IMG/VR virus record: IMGVR_UViG_3300046059_000011
Span: 1 to 35,330 of that record
Reading direction: 5' to 3' (one strand)
Length of the DNA: 35,330 nt
Origin: a virus
Taxonomy: Duplodnaviria; Caudoviricetes
Part shown: in pieces, positions 8,455 through 15,030 of the stretch
Layout: each line of letters opens with the position of its first letter
How positions within the stretch are numbered: position 1 is the stretch's first letter
Program-made: the position numbers and the translations under genes
Notes under the pieces: generated by a model
Told to the model about the DNA's origin: nothing
The model's input: the letters and a program-made list of their open reading frames with translations, nothing else
Database searches by the model: none

Positions 8455-9243
8455 CTATTTCGTGTTATCGATGCGTGGGGCCAGCATCATATCGAACAGT
8501 GATGTTTTCAGCATCACTGGGAAATCCTGGCCGGAATACACCTGGATTTCATCGTACCCCTTCAGCACCTTCGAAATGTCGCTGAAGTAATCCAGGCTGA
8601 ACATCGATTCCACGGCTTCATCGGGATGTTTCGTGAATTCCACTTCCCCATCGGATTCATCGAGACTATACGTGCCTGAATCCGTATCCCCCGATGCGAC
8701 CCAGTTCACGCTGTGATCTTCCACGCTGATAGAGGTGTGATCGCTGAACATATCGTTCAGGTCCACCGCATCCTTCAGCGTGGATCCATCAATGATCCAG
8801 CCAGCAGGCAGTTCATCTTCCAGCCTCGGATGATCAGGATCCTGCCGAACAGAATCAGGATCGATCCCACCCATATCCACATCCACCTGGCCGGTGGTGA
8901 TGTTAAACGCCCAGTTATGCTTCATCCCGAATTCGAACTGCACGGGAACATCAGCATCAGCGTATCCCATCACTTCATCCAGTTTCTGGGTGTTCAGACC
9001 CATCCGAAGGCCGTCCGGCTGCACAGCGTAATACTGGATCCGTTCGTTTTCCTCGGGATCTAGATCGATGAACGTACCTGCCACGTTCGCTGGATCGATC
9101 ACCCACACACGGATCAGGCCATCGAGGAACTGGAACCTGGCTTCCGATACCAGGCAGTTCAGTGCATCCAGCACATCGTGAACCAGCCCCGCTTCCCAGA
9201 TGATCTTCATCTGGATTTCTTCATGATCGGGTGAAGATGTCAT
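8455..9243 (-). CDS. pcn: DNA polymerase sliding clamp (PCNA)
   Basis: LVSEARFQF...IDPANVA...ASGDTD...SMFSLDYF...DFPV...MLAPRI, typical of haloarchaeal PCNA; 262 aa. Confidence 0.92.
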   Translation of the reverse strand: MTSSPDHEEIQMKIIWEAGLVHDVLDALNCLVSEARFQFLDGLIRVWVIDPANVAGTFIDLDPEENERIQYYAVQPDGLRMGLNTQKLDEVMGYADADVPVQFEFGMKHNWAFNITTGQVDVDMGGIDPDSVRQDPDHPRLEDELPAGWIIDGSTLKDAVDLNDMFSDHTSISVEDHSVNWVASGDTDSGTYSLDESDGEVEFTKHPDEAVESMFSLDYFSDISKVLKGYDEIQVYSGQDFPVMLKTSLFDMMLAPRIDNTK

Positions 9244-9476
9244 AGCTGATCAGGGTCCACGCCCAGTTTTTCTAGCTGTCGTTCACGGTGGCCTTCCCAG
9301 GCCCGATCCGACAGTTCTTCAGCGTGCTGCTGTGGGCAGGCAGCCAGGTCCTGATGGCGTTCATCAGGAAGTTCTGTTCCACAGTGCCTGCACCGTTCAG
9401 GTTCTTCGGGATCCGGCTGTGGCTGGCTGCCAGGCAGATCCGAGACTGAACAGCCGGGGGGCAGGTTATTCCCCAT
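9240..9476 (-). CDS. small zinc-binding protein
   Basis: NLPPGCSVSDLPG N-terminus, CRHCG...H...C. Confidence 0.7.
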   Translation of the reverse strand: MGNNLPPGCSVSDLPGSQPQPDPEEPERCRHCGTELPDERHQDLAACPQQHAEELSDRAWEGHRERQLEKLGVDPDQL

Positions 9477-9825
9477 CGGCGTTCACCCCGATCAGTTCCG
9501 CATCACCGGCTTCCAGTCGGCCATCATCCATCGGCAAATCGATATTCAGCACCTGCCCCCAGGGGATGATCCTGGTGGGAACCAGGTGGCCAGCACCTTC
9601 AGCACGGATGGCTTCCTTCCCGATCACCACGGTGGCCCCCGCCAGTTCCATAACCTGCACCTGATCGAACGTTTCCGTTCGAACGGTTTCCTGATGAATC
9701 CCCGCCTGGGTAGTGATCGAGACTGTGGCCAGCCCCAGTTCATCGGTGGTTTCCGAACCCAGCGTGATGTAGTTCAGCCCCTCGATGTCGGAATCAGCCA
9801 GCCAGTCGTTCAGTTCTTCCGACAT
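9466..9825 (-). CDS. hypothetical protein
   Basis: Acidic beta-rich ORF, coupled. Confidence 0.75.
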   Translation of the reverse strand: MSEELNDWLADSDIEGLNYITLGSETTDELGLATVSITTQAGIHQETVRTETFDQVQVMELAGATVVIGKEAIRAEGAGHLVPTRIIPWGQVLNIDLPMDDGRLEAGDAELIGVNADGE

Positions 9826-9827
9826 CG

Positions 9828-11105
9828 TTACTGTTCCACCAGCAGCATCCGATCACCATTCTGTTCCCGAACTTCCACGGTGTATGGCCCCACCACGGAA
9901 GATCCGTGCTGTTCCTCGGAATCCCAGGTGAAGTTATTCGATGCAGTCACCTTCCGGCCATCCACGATGGCCAGCAGGTTCCCCGATCCGTGAACCCCAT
10001 CGTATTCCTCGGGGGGTGCGTTCACCGGGATCCAGTTTTCGTTCGACAGATCGGACAGTTCTGCTTTCTGCATTTCCTCGATCTGCTGGGGTGGCACGAC
10101 ATCACCCCTGGTGGTGACATCCTCGATTTCAGCATCACCGTCCAATTCCACCGTTTCAGCTGAATCGGCCTGTCGGCCTTCACTGATCCCGCCATCGGCT
10201 TCCTCGGGATCATCACCGTATTCGAAGGAATCCAGCCCCTGGTGCTGTTCTGCTATATCATCGTAATCCCGGCCTTCATCTTCATCGAGGGGTTCGGGCT
10301 GGCCGATGTCCACGATGTCGCACTTCCCAGCATCGGCGTAATCCTGGGCGTATTCGGGAACGTTTCCGTCTTTGTCTCGGGTGAAGATCGTTCGGGTTAG
10401 GTAACAGAACCCGACCACACCAGGCATATCTTCACCACAGGCGTGGGGGTGGATCAGCCACACCCGCGTTCGGCCCGGCTGAATCCTCGGTGGGGCCTTG
10501 TTACTGTGAACGCTGATCCCCTTGTTCAGCCCCAGTTCCAGCGTTTCATCGATGAAATCCCACGGTTCTTCATAGTAGGATTTCCCCACACGCATCAGCA
10601 GATCCTGGCCGTTCGCCGGGGTGATCGCACCCCAGTGTTCCCGATCTTCGAAGCCATCGTGGGCCATCCGATCCAGGTGCCTCGATAGTTCCGAGGAAGG
10701 CACCGAACCCACATCTGGATACAGGCCAGCTTCCACCTGGTTTTCTAACGCATCCCGGTGGGCTTCCTGGTGGGTTTCTGTCGAATCAGGATCACCAGGG
10801 TACAGGCACCGGATGTTTCGTTCCACTTCCACGGCAGCCAGGAAGTTCGATCCGTTCAGCGATTCGTATCCACGGGGCAGACTCTCTTTGTAGGGAATCG
10901 GGTGCAGATCACCGTTCTGATCGGTGAACACCACGAACCCAGGCAGCGTGCCACCGCTGCTGAACGCCTGGGGGTCGCATCGGATGTATGCGTTCCCGGC
11001 CTTCAGGTAGCCACACCCACGTTCTTTGTTCGGAATCGTTTCCACATCGCCATCAGCCTGGGAAAATTCATCCCAGGTGTCGGGGTTGATTTCTTTGTTC
11101 GCCAT
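9828..11105 (-). CDS. large hypothetical protein
   Basis: Acidic frame from the ATG at 11105 (MANKEINP) after GAGGT; ERGCGYLK and RVWLIHPHAC motifs; acidic linker. Confidence 0.85.
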   Translation of the reverse strand: MANKEINPDTWDEFSQADGDVETIPNKERGCGYLKAGNAYIRCDPQAFSSGGTLPGFVVFTDQNGDLHPIPYKESLPRGYESLNGSNFLAAVEVERNIRCLYPGDPDSTETHQEAHRDALENQVEAGLYPDVGSVPSSELSRHLDRMAHDGFEDREHWGAITPANGQDLLMRVGKSYYEEPWDFIDETLELGLNKGISVHSNKAPPRIQPGRTRVWLIHPHACGEDMPGVVGFCYLTRTIFTRDKDGNVPEYAQDYADAGKCDIVDIGQPEPLDEDEGRDYDDIAEQHQGLDSFEYGDDPEEADGGISEGRQADSAETVELDGDAEIEDVTTRGDVVPPQQIEEMQKAELSDLSNENWIPVNAPPEEYDGVHGSGNLLAIVDGRKVTASNNFTWDSEEQHGSSVVGPYTVEVREQNGDRMLLVEQ

Positions 11106-11194
11106 CGTTCGAACCTCGATAGTAGCCACTGCCGGGTGGCCAGCCGTGTTCCTGCATCTGTTCTGGTGCCTCGATGTCGGCAGCCACCACGCCG

Positions 11195-11239
11195 AACCGT
11201 CCCACCAGGCGGGGGGACCCACCTGGTGGATTTCCGGTT
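11195..11239 (-). promoter_or_regulatory. Conserved leader hairpin copy B
   Basis: Minus strand: AACCG-GAAA-TCCACCAGGTGGG-TCCC-CCCGCCTGGTGGG-A-CGGTT. Confidence 0.7.
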
Positions 11240-11263
11240 GGGAAAATATCGCTTCGATCTAGA

Positions 11264-11386
11264 TCAGGGGCCAGCGATCACGAACCCCCGCCTGAATTCC
11301 CGCTGGCAGAACGGGCAGTGATCCGGGTTCACGATTCGATTCACCAGCCGATCACAGCCACGGCAGTTCTGGATTTCAGGCCCCAT
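11264..11386 (-). CDS. 40-aa zinc-finger microprotein (not in ORF track)
   Basis: Translated by hand: MGPEIQNCRGCDRLVNRIVNPDHCPFCQREFRRGFVIAGP; overlaps the upstream stop codon. Confidence 0.65.
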   Translation of the reverse strand: MGPEIQNCRGCDRLVNRIVNPDHCPFCQREFRRGFVIAGP

Positions 11387-11658
11387 CATCGATCCACCGA
11401 CAGAATCGAATCTTTCTGATGGCCACAGATCTGGCAGGTTCCTGGGTCCCGCATCGGGTTCGTGGCCAGGATGAACGCTGCCACCTGCACTGCCTGATCT
11501 GGATCCAGTGAAACGCTTCCCCTACGTATCTTATCGATGTGAACGTGATCCTGCTGATCCCGTTCTGCCTCGATACGCGGGGTTTGAAAGGTGGCTTCAA
11601 CCACCGTGATCACCATTCGGGGAATGATCATCCCCGAGGGTTCGAACCAGTTCTTCAC
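11386..11658 (-). CDS. small hypothetical protein with CxxCG
   Basis: GTCQICGH; the true start is probably near 11604-11616. Confidence 0.6.
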   Translation of the reverse strand: MKNWFEPSGMIIPRMVITVVEATFQTPRIEAERDQQDHVHIDKIRRGSVSLDPDQAVQVAAFILATNPMRDPGTCQICGHQKDSILSVDR

Positions 11659-11950
11659 GGATCTGATCGAGGTAGATCACGCCATCGTTCGGGAATCCCA
11701 GAATCGCATCGCTGGCCGATTCCAGTTTTTCCCTGGATGCTTCAACCTGATCAACACCCCACGTGATTCCGGTGCTGATGCACTGATCCAGGCCAGCACC
11801 GTGATCGAACAGTTCCTGGCTGATCGTTAGGGTGATCAGCACTGTTTCGCCTTCCTCGGTGCCACCGTGTTCCTGCTGGATTCGCTGGCCCAGTTGATCC
11901 CACAGTTCCTGTTCATCCATCTGCTGGATGTGGTTCGCTATGTCGTTCAT
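11597..11950 (-). CDS. hypothetical acidic protein
   Basis: Acidic ORF, coupled. Confidence 0.75.
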   Translation of the reverse strand: MNDIANHIQQMDEQELWDQLGQRIQQEHGGTEEGETVLITLTISQELFDHGAGLDQCISTGITWGVDQVEASREKLESASDAILGFPNDGVIYLDQIREELVRTLGDDHSPNGDHGG

Positions 11951-11952
11951 CG

Positions 11953-12306
11953 TTAGAAATGGGGATCCTGCCGCTGTCTGGCGGCTTCTTTCTGGTTACA
12001 GTTATCACACGCCATCATCTTCTCGGTGCTATCCCCTCGATGCCAGCCGTTCGCACCATCTGCATCGTGGCACATATTACACACGTAGTGGACAGTGCCA
12101 CAGTCGGGGCAGGTAAGCCGGATGCAACCCATCTGGAAGCGATCTTCCAGCCGGGTCCCGAACCGATCTTCACCCCGAGGGGATTTCACGAACTGGCCGT
12201 GTTCTGCCTCGGTTAATTCGGTGCTGCACGTTTTCGGGTTCCCGTGTTCGTTCGTTTCATCCAGTTCAGCGTGGCAGTGCATCGTGATGTTCCGATCTTC
12301 AGACAT
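11953..12306 (-). CDS. multi-cysteine zinc-binding protein
   Basis: CPDCG, CNMC and CDNC motifs; ATG at 12306. Confidence 0.75.
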   Translation of the reverse strand: MSEDRNITMHCHAELDETNEHGNPKTCSTELTEAEHGQFVKSPRGEDRFGTRLEDRFQMGCIRLTCPDCGTVHYVCNMCHDADGANGWHRGDSTEKMMACDNCNQKEAARQRQDPHF

Positions 12307-12476
12307 CGTGAACACCCTGCCGCTGTTCCAGCACCAGCCGCGCATCAAAGCCGCTGTTCATCTTACTGTTCTTCCATCGTGCCACGTATTTGCCGTGGTA
12401 GCCACTTCGGTTCTGCATCGTTTCAGTGCATCCGTTACGTGGGTGCGAACGGATCCTGATGTGGCAGGATCGGCCA

Positions 12477-12533
12477 TCACCGTTCCACCAGGAACCCCCG
12501 CACACGGGGTGTTCCTCGGTGGAAATCCGATGA
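12477..12533 (-). promoter_or_regulatory. Conserved leader hairpin copy C
   Basis: Minus strand: TCATCG-GAT-TTCCACC-G-AGGAAC-A-CCCCG-TGTG-CGGGG-GTTCCT-GGTGGAA-CGGTGA. Confidence 0.75.
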
Positions 12534-12565
12534 AAAAGCGTGGGTTCGAAGCCGGGGGATCGGTT

Positions 12566-12913
12566 TCAGGCGTTCGCTGAACCTTCGAACCGTGGATCAT
12601 CTTCGGCCATGCGTTCCCAGTCAGATTTCCACTGATCGAACTTCATCCGATCAGCCCCAGTGTAATCTTCCCGGAAATCAGCCCACTGTTCAGCGGGAAC
12701 GGTGGCACGGGGCTGGCCCCGAAGGATGTCCGACATCATCCGTTCGATCTTCGAATCATTCGTGATCACGTCGCCAGTTCGAGGATCTTCGAAGCGTTCC
12801 CAGTCGTCGTGATCATTGGGTGACTGAAATTCATAGAACTGGCCGGATTTCGCATCGAACAGCACACCGGCCACTTCCACGCCATCAACTTCCTCGGTGT
12901 GGAAGGGATGCAT
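12566..12913 (-). CDS. hypothetical protein
   Basis: Acidic ORF from the ATG at 12913 (TGATG overlap, GGTGA SD). Confidence 0.75.
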   Translation of the reverse strand: MHPFHTEEVDGVEVAGVLFDAKSGQFYEFQSPNDHDDWERFEDPRTGDVITNDSKIERMMSDILRGQPRATVPAEQWADFREDYTGADRMKFDQWKSDWERMAEDDPRFEGSANA

Positions 12914-13116
12914 CAGTTCACCGTGATGATCCGGCAGCCACACGGCAGTTCCACCAGATAGGCAAAACTGCCGTTCATGTCGTTCAGGCTGGTGATGTTC
13001 CCACTGAATCCAGTGGATCGCCTGGCGACTGTTAGGCTGGGTTCACCGATTCGTTCCTCGGATCCGGGTTGATGTTCTTCCCCACAGTCGGGGCAGGTGA
13101 ACTTCACCGACATCAC
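12913..13116 (-). CDS. CPxCG zinc-finger protein
   Basis: FTCPDCG...LPCGC. Confidence 0.7.
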   Translation of the reverse strand: MMSVKFTCPDCGEEHQPGSEERIGEPSLTVARRSTGFSGNITSLNDMNGSFAYLVELPCGCRIITVN

Positions 13117-13412
13117 TGATCCACCTTCCCAGTCCCTTCCAGTTCAGTATCAGCGTGCGCATCGTGTTCACTGTGCCAGTCCAATTCGAAGGTGAACCAG
13201 CAGGTGCTGGATCCGCCACGATGCTGCACCTTCACATAGGCTTCATCTTTCGGACCCCCGAGGAACAGATCACCACCGGATCCCACAACCTGGTAGATGG
13301 GTTGATTACATTCGGGGCAGGTAGAACCCAGTTGTTCCTGAACCTTCGAAAGCAGCGCCTGAACGCTGGTGTCGAAGTTCTTCGGATCATGCGTGTGTTC
13401 TATCCGCATCAC
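13113..13412 (-). CDS. hypothetical zinc-binding protein
   Basis: CPEC...H...C; coupled. Confidence 0.7.
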   Translation of the reverse strand: MMRIEHTHDPKNFDTSVQALLSKVQEQLGSTCPECNQPIYQVVGSGGDLFLGGPKDEAYVKVQHRGGSSTCWFTFELDWHSEHDAHADTELEGTGKVDQ

Positions 13413-13792
13413 GCATCACCTTCCCTGGCTTCCTCGGGGTTCACTGGATCAGGGTTCACGTTCCGTTCGATGTCGAACTGGGGGAACACCAGCCGCGTTT
13501 CGCTGCTGCTGGTATCGATCAGATCTAGCTGCACCTGCATATCCAGATCCTCGATGTGATCCTCGGGGACGCTTTCCGGGATGTTGTGGGATCTGCCGCT
13601 TTTGCATCCATCCTGGATGCGGTCCACGGCCACGGCCACCACACGAACCAGGTTGATGTTCATCCTGATCTGTTTCCACACCACCCGAATCGATTCTGCT
13701 GCCCGATCATCTGGATCCTGATTCAGATCCTCGGTGATCCACACATCTGGGGAACCGCTTTTGTCGATCACCTTATCAGCGAACACCATCAC
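13409..13792 (-). CDS. hypothetical protein
   Basis: Acidic ORF flanked by identical 18-bp junctions. Confidence 0.7.
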   Translation of the reverse strand: MMVFADKVIDKSGSPDVWITEDLNQDPDDRAAESIRVVWKQIRMNINLVRVVAVAVDRIQDGCKSGRSHNIPESVPEDHIEDLDMQVQLDLIDTSSSETRLVFPQFDIERNVNPDPVNPEEAREGDA

Positions 13793-14076
13793 GCATCACC
13801 TTCCTGTTCGTATTTCTGGGCCACACTGTTCAGGTAGTAGGGCCTGGCACTGAATTCCATCCAGCGATCTTCCCAGCGGATTCCCTGAAGTTCGAAGCCT
13901 GCATCTTCAGCGTGTGATCGGATTTCAGCCAGGTGTTCGGCCACATGATTATCGTGGACCTTCACCACCATCTGGTGCTTTCCGTTCTGGCCATCCACTA
14001 GGTTGTATCCGGCGTGGCCTTCGATGAATTCAGCAAACTGTTCCGGGTTCGTTCGGATGTCGTATTTGTTTCCCAT
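13789..14076 (-). CDS. hypothetical protein, first gene of the accessory/early region
   Basis: Acidic frame from the ATG at 14076 (MGNKYDIR) after GAGG; the upstream extension in the ORF track is not acidic. Confidence 0.75.
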   Translation of the reverse strand: MGNKYDIRTNPEQFAEFIEGHAGYNLVDGQNGKHQMVVKVHDNHVAEHLAEIRSHAEDAGFELQGIRWEDRWMEFSARPYYLNSVAQKYEQEGDA

Positions 14077-14145
14077 CGTTCGTTCCTCGATGCAGCCGTA
14101 ACGTGGCTGCCACCGGATCCCGAACCGCCTGGCGGGATCAGCCAG

Positions 14146-14189
14146 CACCGTTCCACCCAGTCGCACACGACTGTGGTGGAATTCCGGTG
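14146..14189 (-). promoter_or_regulatory. Conserved leader hairpin copy D
   Basis: Minus strand: CACCG-GAA-TTCCACC-A-CAGTCG-TGTG-CGACTG-GGTGGAA-CGGTG. Confidence 0.75.
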
Positions 14190-14600
14190 AATCCAGTGCG
14201 TAATCACCCCTGCTGCCAGGGGCTTTCCGTAGCACTGCCGTTCGATCAAAGCGTGGGGTGCCTTCGAACAGCAGTAAGGATCTGGTGTTTCCGTTCCACC
14301 CCGAGACATCAGTTCTGGCCCATCGTTCCATCGGCCCGCCTGCACTGCCGTTCCAGGTTCTGGCCATCAATCTGCCCCGGTGGTTTCTGCTACCCAGCAG
14401 CACCGTTCAGTTAGGTGCTGTCTGTTGTGGATGCGGGTTCCCGGCACGCCAGGCCGATCTTCCGAAGCCTGCCACCTATCGAACGCTGTGCGTGATCCGG
14501 GGGCTGCACCCCGAGGCAGGCCACGAACAGCGGGGAACCAGAATTGTGTCCCCTGGTTCCCAGTGGGGGGGCTGTCATATCTGGATGTGATCCGTTTGTT

Positions 14601-14685
14601 CCTACCCATACCCACACACCCTGGGTACTTAGTTGTTAGGGATACCACCCTTACACCCTAACACCATCCTAACAATATGGTAACA
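14601..14685 (-). promoter_or_regulatory. Putative early promoter/operator region
   Basis: TACCCA-N13-TGGGTA inverted repeat, CTAAGTA TATA-like box on the minus strand, three CCTAACA-type boxes. Confidence 0.5.
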
Positions 14686-14813
14686 GGCCAGTCGGTATTC
14701 AGTAGAAGCCGCTGTGCAGCCGCTGAAGCGATTCTTCGATCAGCAGGTCCAGGCACCAACACGTGTGCGCCCAGCACAGCACGCACCGCCACGGCTGGCA
14801 GCCTGGCCGATCT

Positions 14814-14972
14814 AAAGTAAAGGGGATCCCTGGGCCAGTGTGTTTCACCTGGCCTGGTGGAACGGTGATTTCCCAGCGGATCCGATGGGGGTGGTGGGGG
14901 GTTCAGACCCGGTTCGGATCTGTGCCTCTGACATCGGATCACCGTGTGCGATGATCCTGGATCCCCTGGGCA
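14814..14972 (-). ncRNA. Candidate trans-acting antisense small RNA (~155 nt)
   Basis: CTTAAT ~27 nt upstream; 9-bp closing stem AGGGGATCC/GGATCCCCT; internal hairpins with G-U pairs that work only on the minus strand; TTTACTTT 3' end; seeds complementary to the leader hairpins. Confidence 0.6.
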
Positions 14973-15030
14973 GTTCAGCGTATGATGGCGGGGTGATTAA
15001 GGTTTAGGGAACTGGTTGGGCTGCCTTGAT

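Noticed and set aside
10220-10250. PIP-box-like QHQGLDSF in the 9828 protein
   Set aside because: The spacing does not fit QxxLxxFF; too weak to call.
7886-14189. Repeat-spacer-repeat look of the hairpins as a CRISPR or mini-array
   Set aside because: The copies are kilobases apart, the arms are inverted rather than direct, and the inner sequences are self-complementary.
14077-14942. ORF-track ORFs in the control region and the N-terminal extension to 14403
   Set aside because: Arg/Pro/Gly-rich, non-acidic, and overlapping structured elements.
14814-14972. Self-cleaving ribozyme or bridge-RNA interpretation of the structured unit
   Set aside because: No hammerhead CUGANGA core is visible, no IS110-like recombinase is present, and both seeds match the same strand.
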